From contig OZ244042.1 of NCBI GenBank assembly GCA_965215015.1, positions 3,552,001 through 3,616,000 of the forward strand: DNA of 64,000 nucleotides, given 5' to 3'. The stretch is from Candidatus Poribacteria bacterium (GTDB lineage Bacteria; Poribacteria; WGA-4E; PCPOR2b). Below, one piece after another: positions 19,980-30,316 of the stretch (its first letter is position 1; each line of letters begins with the position of its first letter). The notes under the pieces were generated by a model. The model ran no database searches. It was not told the DNA's origin and worked only from the letters and a program-made list of their open reading frames with translations. The position numbers and the translations under genes were made by a program.

Positions 19980-20693
19980 GTGATAATGGAAACGACAGAA
20001 TACCGGCTTCGGCTAAAAGACCTTCCCGAGGATGAGCGACCGCTCGAAAGGCTTTACAAATATGGCCCGCAGGCACTCAAAACATCCGAATTGATTGCAA
20101 TTATTATTCGGACCGGCACGGGAACGGCGACAGCGGTTCAGGTTGCAGAGCAGCTGCTTCAGAAGTACGATGGCAATCTGAAGCGGTTGGCAGATAATAG
20201 CGAGAGACAAATTGCAGAAGGTGTTAAAGGGATGGGCACGGTGAAGGTGGGCCAAATCCGGGCAGCTTTTGAATTGGGACGACGGATGGCAGCGTTTCTT
20301 GAAGAAAAGCCGCAGATTAGTTCCCCCAACGATGTTGTCTATGTTGCGCGAATGGTCATGCCTTCGATGCGAGATTTGCAACAGGAGGAACTCCATGTCT
20401 TTAGCCTTGACACGAAGAACTATGTGACCAAGCAGCGCCGTATCTTTGAGGGGAGCTTAAATGCGAGCATTATCCATCCCCGCGAAGTCTTTCGGTTTGC
20501 GATAGAGGAAGCGGCGGCATCAATCATCCTTGTGCATAACCATCCATCCGGCGATCCCGCGCCGAGCCCGGAGGATATTAATGCGACGAAGCAATTGATC
20601 GAGGCGGGGAATTTGCTCCAGATCCCTGTGACAGATCACGTTATTATCGGGGACGGGTGTTATATCAGTATGAAGGAAGAAGGGATAGTTTAA
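19980..20693 (+). CDS. radC: RadC family JAB/MPN domain protein
   Basis: P.ERL..YG...[38 protein letters not shown]; start may be ATG 19986. Confidence 0.95.
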   Translation: MIMETTEYRLRLKDLPEDERPLERLYKYGPQALKTSELIAIIIRTGTGTATAVQVAEQLLQKYDGNLKRLADNSERQIAEGVKGMGTVKVGQIRAAFELGRRMAAFLEEKPQISSPNDVVYVARMVMPSMRDLQQEELHVFSLDTKNYVTKQRRIFEGSLNASIIHPREVFRFAIEEAAASIILVHNHPSGDPAPSPEDINATKQLIEAGNLLQIPVTDHVIIGDGCYISMKEEGIV

Positions 20694-21554
20694 GTGAGGG
20701 CTGTGCATAAATCCAATCTGGTCGTTTAGATGTGAACGTGAGCCCTCTCATCCAGTGAATCCTTCAATCCTGAAAATCCTGATTCAGACAATAATTATGA
20801 GCATCCCTCATTATCTTTGAGGGGAGCTTAAATGCGAGCATTATCCATCCCCGCGAAGTCTTTCGGTTTGCGATAGAGGAAGCGGCGGCATCAATCATCC
20901 TTGTGCATAACCATCCATCCGGCGATCCCGCGCCGAGCCCGGAGGATATTAATGCGACGAAGCAATTGATCGAGGCGGGAAATTTGCTCCAGATCCCTGT
21001 GACAGATCACGTTATTATCGGGGACGGGTGTTATATCAGTATGAAGGAAGAAGGGATAGTTTAAGTGAGGGCTGTGCATAAATCCAATCTGGTCGTTTAG
21101 ATGTGAACGTGAGCCCTCTCATCCTGTGAATCCTTCAATCCTGGAAATCCTGATTCAGACAATAATTATGAGCACCCCTCATTATCTTTGAGGGGAGCTT
21201 AAATGCGAGCATTATCCATCCCCGCGAAGTCTTTCGGTTTGCGATAGAGGAAGCGGCGGCATCAATCATCCTTGTGCATAACCATCCATCCGGCGATCCC
21301 GCGCCGAGCCCGGAGGATATTAATGCGACGAAGCAATTGATCGAGGCGGGAAATTTGCTCCAGATCCCTGTGACGGATCACGTTATTATCGGGGACGGGT
21401 GTTATATCAGTATGAAGGAAGAAGGGATAGTTTAAGTGAGGGATGTGCATAAATCCAATCTGGTCGTTTAGATGTGAACGTGAAGCCATCTCATCCTGTG
21501 AATCCTTCAATCCTGAAAATCTTGATTCAGACAATAATTATGAGCACTCCTCAT
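20441..21554 (+). repeat. Three tandem ~371-bp copies of the radC 3' part plus a MITE-like element
   Basis: Units start at 20441, 20812 and 21183 (tatctttgaggggagc...) and differ by a few substitutions and one indel. Confidence 0.95.
20691..20813. mobile_element. MITE-like element (~123 bp; further copies at ~21062-21184 and ~21433-21558)
   Basis: Imperfect TIRs taagtgagggctgtgcataa / ttatgagcatccctcatta; related ends at 56379-56612. Confidence 0.65.
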
Positions 21555-21611
21555 TTAAGTGATTCTGTATTACAAGCGTTCACAATTCACAATCGAACAG
21601 GAGATTTTAAT

Positions 21612-22823
21612 ATGTCCGAAGAGAAAGCGTACAAAGTTCGTGCGATTCGCTGTAGTCATAAAGCCTCGCAGGCAGAAATTTACGAAAGACTCAAGACGAT
21701 TACTGCTCCCCTGACGCGCTCCTGGGAGAAGATCGAAAAAGCCCGCAAAATCGGTATCAAGGTAAACATGCAGATGCGTACGGACAATATCCGTCGCATT
21801 GGAGGACGACGGCAGGAGTTGGTTGACGACGATGTTCTCCGTGCATCGCTCCGTTTGTTGCGAGAGCGCAGCGACGCACATATCTTTGTGCTGGATACTA
21901 GCATGGCACCGACGGGACAGCGTCCCGGCGACGATTTTAATATGCACTCAATCTTTGAGGAGTTCGATATCCCTTATATTGAAGCCGGCGATCCACCCTT
22001 TACGCAGTACAAAGTTCCCGGTGGTGGTGTGATGTTCTCCGAATATCAGCTCTCTGCCTCTATTGGCGAAGCGGATGCCTTTGTCTCGATCGCTAAGATG
22101 AAGAACCACGCTTTTATGGGCATCACGTTGTGTCTGAAAAACCTTTTTGGTTTACCGCCTATACCGCCGCACGGTCGAGTGAGAACCTATTTTCACCATG
22201 TTATTCGGTTATCATACGTCCTACCTGACCTCGGTCTGATTGCCCAACCCTGTCTCAACATCATTGACGGTTTGACGGGACAAGCGAGACGGGAGTGGGG
22301 AGGAGAAGGACGTATCTGCGATGCGCTGATTGCCGGTGACCATGTGATTGCTACGGATGCCTGCGGTACTTACTTAATGGGCACCGACCCACGCCTCGAT
22401 TGGCCCAATCCGCCCTATCGCCGCGATCGAAGCCCGATTGCGGTGGCTGCGGAGCACGGATTTGGGACAGTGAATCTGGAGGAGATTGACTTTGACATGG
22501 GCGGCCTACAGCCTCCGCTTGCGGAGTTCGACTCCGAGGAGATGGATCCGAGTGAAAAAATCGCTAGCCTGCGTCAAACCGCATGTCAACAGGCGTTGTT
22601 TTATCGGGACAACCGAGAAGGGCTAGTGAGCCGTCATGCCGGTTCATTTATCTATCTGCAAGATGGGGAAGTTATCTGGAGTGGTTCGCATCCGAACCAA
22701 GCGGGTGCCGTCCACCAACTCAGCGGTGAACGAAAGGATCAGGCGGTATGGCTCAAATTGGTCGATCCAGAGGAGACAGAAGGTGAACGTATGCGCGTGT
22801 ACGAGCGGATTTTGGCGGCGTAA
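21612..22823 (+). CDS. DUF362 family protein
   Basis: KIGIKVN, ADAFVSIAKMKNH..MGITLCLKNLFG, P.LNIIDGL, D.IATDA; ATG 21612 after AGGAG. Confidence 0.82.
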   Translation: MSEEKAYKVRAIRCSHKASQAEIYERLKTITAPLTRSWEKIEKARKIGIKVNMQMRTDNIRRIGGRRQELVDDDVLRASLRLLRERSDAHIFVLDTSMAPTGQRPGDDFNMHSIFEEFDIPYIEAGDPPFTQYKVPGGGVMFSEYQLSASIGEADAFVSIAKMKNHAFMGITLCLKNLFGLPPIPPHGRVRTYFHHVIRLSYVLPDLGLIAQPCLNIIDGLTGQARREWGGEGRICDALIAGDHVIATDACGTYLMGTDPRLDWPNPPYRRDRSPIAVAAEHGFGTVNLEEIDFDMGGLQPPLAEFDSEEMDPSEKIASLRQTACQQALFYRDNREGLVSRHAGSFIYLQDGEVIWSGSHPNQAGAVHQLSGERKDQAVWLKLVDPEETEGERMRVYERILAA

Positions 22824-23305
22824 ACGCGCTTGCGTATAGCGACTAGATCGGACCGCGTTACTTCAACCTTTTAGGAGTTATGCCCTTGAGTTCGTGGCCA
22901 GGCCATTCAACCCGCATCACGATAGACCATAAATCGCTAACTGTCGCCCCCAATAAAGCGGATGTTGAGAGGCATGTTCACCGAATCTGTAAGGGTGGCG
23001 CAGAGCCTGTCCTCGATGAAATCGGGGTTGCCTAAACTGCCAAATGCACCCACGTAGGCCTGCTGTCGGTCAATTTTCCAAAATCGAGACTATGGACATT
23101 TGGGTGTCGAGATATGAATCTCAACCAACAAAGCTTCCGCTCATGTAAAGAATGAGTGCAACAGCAGCCCTAGAGGCTTGTATCTCCCCCTGCTTGCGGG
23201 GGGGTGAGGGGGGTAACTTATCTTCGTGTTTTGCTCTTTCTTTTAACATGAGCCAAGGCTTTCAAGGGTTCAACTGCGTAAGTCCTACTTTTAATAAGGA
23301 ATAGT

Positions 23306-24727
23306 ATGTCCCAACAAAAACCCCATGTCTTGCTGCTAATCAATGACGAACATCGTCCTGACGTTTTGCCGATCGAAGGTGACCGGCAGATCCGCACTCC
23401 TACGTTAGATCGATTTATCAATGAGGGTGTATACTTTCGCAATGCGTACACACCTTCGCCCATCTGTGTGCCGGCACGGCAGAGTTTTATCTCTGGGCTT
23501 TATCCACGCAACTGTGGCAGCCTCAATTTTGGGGATCCGATGCCTACCGAGGTCCGAACTATTCCGGGGCATCTGGGTAACTATGGCTATTACTCATGTG
23601 CAGCGGGAAAGATGCATTTCGTGGGCAAAGATGTAATGCACGGTTGGCGGGAGCGGGTTGGTCGGGACATTGTGGGTGATAACGGCTATCCTTACCCAGC
23701 TGTTGATGATGAACACACCGCCCAAGTTCAGCGAGAGCCGGGGACCGGTTCAAAACAGAACAAGGTTATCCAAGAGATTCGCGATGCTCAACCCGGAATG
23801 GGATATTGGATGCTTCACGACCAATACGCTGTAGATGGTGCGTTGCTGTTCCTTGAGGAGTATTTTGTGGACGCCTCCTATGACCGGTACAAGCCGAATC
23901 CGCTGTGCATGGCGGTGAGTCTTTGGTGTCCACACTACCCGTATCAGTGTCCGCTTGACCTGTTTACCTATTACATGCAGCGTGTCGAGCCGATTATTGA
24001 GGAGCCGAACGATAAATTTGAGTGCAACGACTTCTTCAAGGTTCGCTTTGGCGAGGACGTGACCCATCGCCAAGCCCATCGTGCTACCGCTGCCTACTAC
24101 GGCATGATTGACTGGATGGACCAGCAGTTTGGTCGCGTCATCGAGAAACTTGAACACCTCAACGTTCTCGACGACTTCATCATCGTTTTCTTCTCTGACC
24201 ACGGTGAGATGCTCGGCACGAAAGGGCTATGGGAGAAACAGAGCTTTTTTGAGGCGTCGGTACGCGTGCCGTTCTCCATCTGGTATCCAAAGCGGTTTGG
24301 TCGTGAGCTACAGGTTATTGAACAGAATGTATCCTTGGTAGACCTGTTTCCGACGCTATGTGATCTGGTTGACGTCCCCGCTCCGGACGAACTTGACGGA
24401 CACTCGTTGGTGCCGCTCATCGAAGGATCCACTGATGACTGGCAGAACACAGTCTATAGCGAACTTTGGCGTGTCCTAAACGGTCGGTCCGTGATGGTCA
24501 AGCAGGATAGTCTGAAGTATTTCCGTTTCGATAATGGTGCCGGTTGGCCCGATCAGTTGTTCGATTTGTCGAATGATCTCGATGAACGTAACAATCTGGT
24601 TGACAACCCTGCTTATGCCGAAGCCCTCACAGGCCTGCGTGCTAAAGTGGATGCTCTGCCTCTACCACGACGCAAGGATGCGAATAATCGTTTTATTGAT
24701 CCGTATCGTCCGATGGGTAGGGATTGA
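23306..24727 (+). CDS. Sulfatase (choline-sulfatase-like)
   Basis: SPICVPARQSFISG (CxPxR), GKMHF, SDHGEMLG, LVDLFPT. Confidence 0.93.
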   Translation: MSQQKPHVLLLINDEHRPDVLPIEGDRQIRTPTLDRFINEGVYFRNAYTPSPICVPARQSFISGLYPRNCGSLNFGDPMPTEVRTIPGHLGNYGYYSCAAGKMHFVGKDVMHGWRERVGRDIVGDNGYPYPAVDDEHTAQVQREPGTGSKQNKVIQEIRDAQPGMGYWMLHDQYAVDGALLFLEEYFVDASYDRYKPNPLCMAVSLWCPHYPYQCPLDLFTYYMQRVEPIIEEPNDKFECNDFFKVRFGEDVTHRQAHRATAAYYGMIDWMDQQFGRVIEKLEHLNVLDDFIIVFFSDHGEMLGTKGLWEKQSFFEASVRVPFSIWYPKRFGRELQVIEQNVSLVDLFPTLCDLVDVPAPDELDGHSLVPLIEGSTDDWQNTVYSELWRVLNGRSVMVKQDSLKYFRFDNGAGWPDQLFDLSNDLDERNNLVDNPAYAEALTGLRAKVDALPLPRRKDANNRFIDPYRPMGRD

Positions 24728-24999
24728 TCGTATTAGTTCATTGGTTCGTTGGTTCATTAGTGCAATTAATGAATTTTTAACGCCTGAACTCTTCGGGTTA
24801 CAGCATACGGGGCCCCGATAAGATCGGTATTCAAAGCAATATGCGTACTACTAGCAACTTGGGTGGTTATATTATAGAAGAAAAGGGGTATACCGTGGGT
24901 TTTAGGCAGAAATGCCTCTTTTACAACAACGGAGAGATTGACACCTCTCTCCGTTCCCTTTCTTGTATACATTCAGAGTCAATATACTGAGGTGTAATT

Positions 25000-26019
25000 A
25001 TGTCAGATTATTCAAAGACTTACCGCGTGGGTCTCGTTGGGAGCGGCGGCATTGCACGGGCGCACGGCACCGCCTGCCGAGCCCTTGACGGTGCTGACCT
25101 CGCTGCTATTTGCGATGTTTCTCAGGAGGCATTGAATCGTTACGGTGAACAATTTGGTGTCCCTAACCGATACCTCAACTTAGACGAGATGCTTGAGAAG
25201 GCAAACTTGGATATCGCCATTATCTGTAACTGGGGGGCATACCACGCTGAAACTGGTATCCGAATCGCCAAATCTCGAAAAGTGCGAGCCATCCTGTGCG
25301 AAAAACCGTTTACCAATAACGCAGCTGAAGCAAGACAGATGGTCGCTGCGGCGAAAGAGAACGGCATCCTGATCGCCGAAGCCTTCAAATTCCGCCATCA
25401 CCCGATGCATCTCAAGGCCAAGGAACTGGCAGATTCGGGCGCAATCGGCGATGTACTGACGCTTCGCAGTACGTTCTGTTCGGGCGGCAGCGGTGCCGGT
25501 CCTGAAACGCGAAAGCCGGAAGACAATTGGCGTTTCAACAAGGCAAAGGGCGGCGGCAGTGTCTATGACCTTGCCTGTTACTGCATCCATCATGCACGTT
25601 TTATCTTTGGCGCGGATCCGGTTCGAGTCTTTGCTGCCTCACAGCCGGGGTTAGAGGTTGATGATGCTATGTATATACTGCTCGTCTTCCCGGAAGACCG
25701 TACTGCACAAATTTCTGTTGGATTCAATACAGCGAGCGCACAGTACGTTGAGATCTGTGGGAGGGCGGGAATGCTCCGAATAGAAATCGCCTGGAACAAC
25801 GAAAATCGGTCTGTGGATTTAGAACACCGTACCCCTGATGGAACGGAACTCATTAATTTTGAGCCGATCCATCAATTCACAAATCAACTCGCGCACCTGT
25901 GTGACTGCCTTGAAACGGGGCAACCGCATCGGATTTCACCCGAAAACAGTATCAACCAGATGCGGGTTATTGATGCTGTGTTTGAATCAGCCGCGACGGG
26001 AAAAGCGGTTCGTATGTAA
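25000..26019 (+). CDS. Gfo/Idh/MocA oxidoreductase
   Basis: GLVGSGGIA, CEKP, GGGSVYDLACY. Confidence 0.92.
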   Translation: MSDYSKTYRVGLVGSGGIARAHGTACRALDGADLAAICDVSQEALNRYGEQFGVPNRYLNLDEMLEKANLDIAIICNWGAYHAETGIRIAKSRKVRAILCEKPFTNNAAEARQMVAAAKENGILIAEAFKFRHHPMHLKAKELADSGAIGDVLTLRSTFCSGGSGAGPETRKPEDNWRFNKAKGGGSVYDLACYCIHHARFIFGADPVRVFAASQPGLEVDDAMYILLVFPEDRTAQISVGFNTASAQYVEICGRAGMLRIEIAWNNENRSVDLEHRTPDGTELINFEPIHQFTNQLAHLCDCLETGQPHRISPENSINQMRVIDAVFESAATGKAVRM

Positions 26020-26032
26020 GGAGTGCATAAAG

Positions 26033-27130
26033 ATGGAAACGACGCAAACATTTCAGCAAGATAAGATTGAGCGACCCCGGCGGAGATTGCCGGTTATTGA
26101 TTGTGATGTGCATAACACCCTTTCTTCAGAAACGGTGTTATATCCGTATCTCTCCGGGCGTTGGCGCCGGCATCATCAGATGTTGGGAGCACCTGACCGT
26201 GTCGGAGGTTATGTCCCGCGCGGTATGCCCTATGGTGCGCGTTACGACGCTTGGCCCCCTTCTGGGCAGCGTCCGGGCTCAGATTTAGACTTTCTGCGGG
26301 AACAGTTGCTTGATTCGTGGGATATTGAGTACGGCATCCTAAACTGTTTGACGCCTGTTTGCGAGATGCCCAATTTGGAGTATGCTGCGGCATTTGCACG
26401 GGCGGTCAACGATTGGCAGATTGATGAGTGGCTGGATCCAGAACCTCGGCTGCGGGCGTCGATGATAGTTGCCTGCGACGACGGTGTATTGGCATCACAG
26501 GAGATCGATCGACTCGCCGGAGATTCGAGATTTGTCCAAATATTGCTGCTCGCCCGCACAATGGAACCGTTGGGAAGGCGTAAATACTGGCAGATGTACG
26601 AGGCTGCAGTGCGTCATGATCTGCCAATTGGGATTCACTTCACCGGCGTTGGCGTGGGCCCAATTACCGCCGTCGGTAAGCCCTCTCACTACATTGAGGA
26701 TCACGCCGGCATGACCCAGGCGTTTCAGACACAGGTGACCAGTCTGGTTTGCGAGGGCGTTTTTGAGCATTTTCCCACGCTCAAGGTGGTCTTAATTGAG
26801 GGCGGCTTTGCTTGGCTCCCACCCCTGATGTGGCGGCTTGACCGTGCCTGGAAGAAATTGCGCGATGAAGTGCCTTACCTCAAACGGTTGCCTTCCGAGT
26901 ACATCCGTGAGCATTTCTGGATGACCACACAGCCAATCGAGGAGCCGCCCAAACCGGAATACTTTCAACAGTTGCTTGAGCATATCAACGCGGATGAAAA
27001 GCTAATGTTTGCCACGGACTATCCCCATTGGGACTTTGATTCCCCAGATCATACCCTTCCGACAAATCTCGCTCCGGGGTTAAAGCGGAACATCATGGCG
27101 GAGAACGCTCGCGCATTCTATCGGCTTTAG
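26033..27130 (+). CDS. Amidohydrolase_2 family protein
   Basis: IDCDVH, PIGIH, VVLIEGG..W, FATDYPHWD; ATG 26033 after AAGGAG. Confidence 0.9.
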   Translation: METTQTFQQDKIERPRRRLPVIDCDVHNTLSSETVLYPYLSGRWRRHHQMLGAPDRVGGYVPRGMPYGARYDAWPPSGQRPGSDLDFLREQLLDSWDIEYGILNCLTPVCEMPNLEYAAAFARAVNDWQIDEWLDPEPRLRASMIVACDDGVLASQEIDRLAGDSRFVQILLLARTMEPLGRRKYWQMYEAAVRHDLPIGIHFTGVGVGPITAVGKPSHYIEDHAGMTQAFQTQVTSLVCEGVFEHFPTLKVVLIEGGFAWLPPLMWRLDRAWKKLRDEVPYLKRLPSEYIREHFWMTTQPIEEPPKPEYFQQLLEHINADEKLMFATDYPHWDFDSPDHTLPTNLAPGLKRNIMAENARAFYRL

Positions 27131-27302
27131 GAGTCGAGAGTGGAAGAGTGAGGAAGACATTACGAACAATTAGATCCCATTCTCATAGTAGTCGGCGATT
27201 TGTTGCTCGTTGAGGGATGGAGTTATAGACAGCTATAATGGGAACTCCTTATAATTGATGTTCCCATCTATAGAGAAATCCATGAACGAAGGTAATACGT
27301 GA

Positions 27303-27399
27303 TCAGGGGTATTTAGTTTGCGCGTTTTTAGCTCCGTTCGAGGCTATTGTGTTTATAGCTCCCAAATCCGACGTGAAACCGAGAGCTAAATAACCCTGA
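27303..27399. mobile_element. Short MITE-like element
   Basis: 14-bp imperfect inverted ends tcaggggtatttag / ctaaataaccctga; similar ends near 9453 and 9787. Confidence 0.5.
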
Positions 27400-27461
27400 A
27401 TGTATTATGCATCATACGTAAAAAATGGCAAGTTGATGCCCCAGTCGAATCCGAGTACACA

Positions 27462-28670
27462 TCAGAAAAACGAGCGAATCGCTGTTTTCTCTTGAATTTC
27501 AGCCCCGCCGTGTGCACTCAACCGTGGGCGAACGCGAATCGTGCTAACCACTTCTGTTTCGTCGTCAACGAGAAGTGCCTCCCCATGCCGGTTCAACTCC
27601 CGAATATAACCCTTTAAATCCCCTTGCATGTACGTCGCACTCAGTCTGTCTAGCGCGTGGATATCGTCCCAAGTTGTGATTTTATGCGCGATAATTAGAT
27701 CACATTGCGAAAGCAGTTCCGCGTCAATCGCGGACGGTTGTTGTGTAGCAACAATCAGGCTCAACCCGGGCTGGCGCCCCTCTTTTACCCATCGTATCAA
27801 CATCTCTTTACAAAGCGAAGCACGCCCTTGCGGCACAAATTGATGCGCTTCATCTATTGCCATCCAAACGCGAGGGAGCCGTGTCTCAAGCCCAAATTCT
27901 TCTCGCCGGCGCAGCCGGGTTCGTTCCGTAAACAACCGCCGCGCTACAACGTCTAATACGAGGTTACGTAACCCTTTTGTGCCTGCATCAAGCACACTCA
28001 AATCCAAAACGTTAATATGTTCCAGTGAAAACACATCGGTTAAGCGCATCGGTTCTTCTGAGAAAATTCCCCATTTTCCTGCAACAGCTAGTCGGTTCTC
28101 TAATGCTTCAATGGTAACCTCTTTAGCTCGTTTATCTTTGCGGAGGCGTTCAATGAGGTCGGTAATGGTGAAGGGTTCCCCGGTGTCGTGGAGTTCCTCC
28201 ACCGCGCGCCACATTGCTATTCCCATCGGTTCATTAATTCCTAAGTTGAAGAGCTCGCACCATGCGTCTGCTGAGAGGTCGTGCGCGTTAATCCATAGGG
28301 AGGTTACCTCAACGTTGTTCATTCGTAGTTGGTTAAGTACCTCTGCATCCCCAAATCGGGCAAGCGGGTTACCGGGTACAATCAATCTGATGGGAAAGGG
28401 TTGCGTTAGCAGCCCTGCCTGACGCACCTCATCCCATTGGTTTTCATTGGCTAGTGCCATGGTGTGATAAATCCCCATTGGGTCCACGATAAGCAACACT
28501 GCTTTTCCACGTTCCTGAGAAAACAATTCTTCAACAATTACCCCTAAAGTGTAACTTTTCCCGGAACCTCGCTTACCGCAGATAAAAACAGCGCGCGAGC
28601 CGGTTGCGCGGATATAAGCCATTTCTCCGCTTTCATAGTCGGTCCCGATTCGTAAATTCACTTCAGCCAT
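27462..28670 (-). CDS. HerA/FtsK-like (DUF87) ATPase
   Basis: Walker A GKRGSGKS, IVDPMG.Y, Walker B AIDEAHQF, KEGRQPG.SLIVATQQPS; start MAEVN at 28670 after GGAGG. Confidence 0.88.
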   Translation of the reverse strand: MAEVNLRIGTDYESGEMAYIRATGSRAVFICGKRGSGKSYTLGVIVEELFSQERGKAVLLIVDPMGIYHTMALANENQWDEVRQAGLLTQPFPIRLIVPGNPLARFGDAEVLNQLRMNNVEVTSLWINAHDLSADAWCELFNLGINEPMGIAMWRAVEELHDTGEPFTITDLIERLRKDKRAKEVTIEALENRLAVAGKWGIFSEEPMRLTDVFSLEHINVLDLSVLDAGTKGLRNLVLDVVARRLFTERTRLRRREEFGLETRLPRVWMAIDEAHQFVPQGRASLCKEMLIRWVKEGRQPGLSLIVATQQPSAIDAELLSQCDLIIAHKITTWDDIHALDRLSATYMQGDLKGYIRELNRHGEALLVDDETEVVSTIRVRPRLSAHGGAEIQEKTAIRSFF

Positions 28671-29769
28671 TGAACGTCCTCCGAACATCCCAAAATGGTA
28701 CCAATGATTCTTGTGCTGAGATTCCACCGTGAAAACCCCATTCTGTCACCTTGCGGTTTTTCGCGATAACCTTGTCTCCAGTCAAAACGGTGTAGGTGCC
28801 TTCATCGCTTTTAAGCGTTAGCACATTATCCCCGGACGCGACATTTCCCTCAGTATATCGGGCCTTGGATTTTTCCCGTGCGAGTGGAACGGTGTCCTGG
28901 TTAGTATACCAAAGAATCCCGTGGTCGGCGGTGATAAAGAGTCGAAATGACTCGCTTGTCTCCTGCAGAACTGTGATAAGCGATACGATATCCTTTCTTA
29001 AATCGTCAAGAAGCGAGGAGACATTCGGACGTTCTCTGTAGGAATGACAAACGCTATCCAACCCCGAACGAATAATTTGAACGTAGGTTGGCATTTGCCA
29101 TTCGGACTTCTCTAGTTCTTCCAAAACCTCGTCAAACGTCGTCACGCGATGAAGTTGGGGCTCTGGAAACTCCGTGAAAAGCGCATCGGTCAATTGATTC
29201 ATGGAACGTTCCCAATACGAGAAGCCCAGCCGACGGACGTACTCTAGGTCAAAAAGCCTATGCGTTAAAACCGGCGAACCAATGAGCCGCTGCATTGCAC
29301 TTTCTGTGGTGCTCACCCCATCCACAAGGCACGGTTCCAACATCGCACCTGATAACCCCCATTCCGCTACCTCATAAAAGGATAACCCGTCAAAGACCAA
29401 GAGCACTACTATCTGTGGCAATTCCCGGGCAAGCCGCTCTGTAATTTCGGCAGCCACTTCGGATTGCTTGAGCAAATTGGTAGTCTTAAAACGACTCGGC
29501 AATGCCTCGTTGACCTGTGCTATTGTAGGAAGTGGGGGAAATTCAACCGTTGGGAAACCGAAAACCTGTGTCAATTCTTCTCTGTCTGAGGGTGATGGGT
29601 TCACAAAAAGCGTTTGATCGGCGTCACTTCCGTCGGATGAATCAATCCGTTCGCGCCACCCGGCAAGCGAGGTTGGACACCAGACATCTTCTAGACAGAG
29701 TTCCCACAATGTGCGATAGTTTTCGGGTAACTCTGTTAGGCAAGGAATAAACCTGAATGCTTCTAACAT
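28663..29769 (-). CDS. Minimal PglZ-like alkaline-phosphatase-superfamily protein
   Basis: LLVFDGLS, FITADHG, FHGGIS..ESLVP metal-binding motifs typical of PglZ. Confidence 0.85.
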   Translation of the reverse strand: MLEAFRFIPCLTELPENYRTLWELCLEDVWCPTSLAGWRERIDSSDGSDADQTLFVNPSPSDREELTQVFGFPTVEFPPLPTIAQVNEALPSRFKTTNLLKQSEVAAEITERLARELPQIVVLLVFDGLSFYEVAEWGLSGAMLEPCLVDGVSTTESAMQRLIGSPVLTHRLFDLEYVRRLGFSYWERSMNQLTDALFTEFPEPQLHRVTTFDEVLEELEKSEWQMPTYVQIIRSGLDSVCHSYRERPNVSSLLDDLRKDIVSLITVLQETSESFRLFITADHGILWYTNQDTVPLAREKSKARYTEGNVASGDNVLTLKSDEGTYTVLTGDKVIAKNRKVTEWGFHGGISAQESLVPFWDVRRTFNG

Positions 29770-29770
29770 C

Positions 29771-30316
29771 TCATTCTTCTCTTTGTGCTAGGGCTTTGAC
29801 ATGCCGCCACAAACCGGAACGTTGTTGCACATAAGGATTGCCCTGTTCAAGAGCGAATCTGCCAAACTGTTGCTGCAGGAGCCTATCCATGTAGGCAATA
29901 TCTGCATCTATCAACGTTAACGCGATTTGATGTACTGCATCCTCAATTGGTTGTCGGGTAATCAGAATTACATTCGCCACTGCGCTGTAATCCTTACCGG
30001 TCCAGCGGAGGTCATCATAGAGGAGGCGCGCTTCTTGCCGAGTGTGCGGGGCGTTATCTATCGCAACAACTGAATTCGAGGAGACCTGCCTATCGTAACG
30101 AATTGACGATGAAAAATAGATAAGGTCGGCGCGGTGGTGCAGGTAATGCGCTAAGAAGGTTTTCCCGACACCGGGGTTGCCCCACAGGTTGAGATACCCC
30201 TCCCTCCGTTGAATTGCGTTGTATATGGCATCTCGCGCAGATTCTTGAGACGGGGTTAAGGTCTCGCCCGTTTCCGCTAATCGCAAGAGGTAGTTGTGAT
30301 ACGCTAGCCAATTCAT
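29771..30316 (-). CDS. Small P-loop NTPase-like protein
   Basis: LTPSQ..A, Walker A GNPGVGKT, VVAIDN; ATGA overlap with the upstream gene. Confidence 0.75.
   Translation of the reverse strand: MNWLAYHNYLLRLAETGETLTPSQESARDAIYNAIQRREGYLNLWGNPGVGKTFLAHYLHHRADLIYFSSSIRYDRQVSSNSVVAIDNAPHTRQEARLLYDDLRWTGKDYSAVANVILITRQPIEDAVHQIALTLIDADIAYMDRLLQQQFGRFALEQGNPYVQQRSGLWRHVKALAQREE

Noticed and set aside
20441-21554. Possible CRISPR array
   Set aside because: Units are 371-bp near-identical copies with no unique spacers, and there are no cas genes.
21474-21611. N-terminal extension of the DUF362 ORF
   Set aside because: It is largely read through the MITE-like repeat; the RBS supports ATG 21612.
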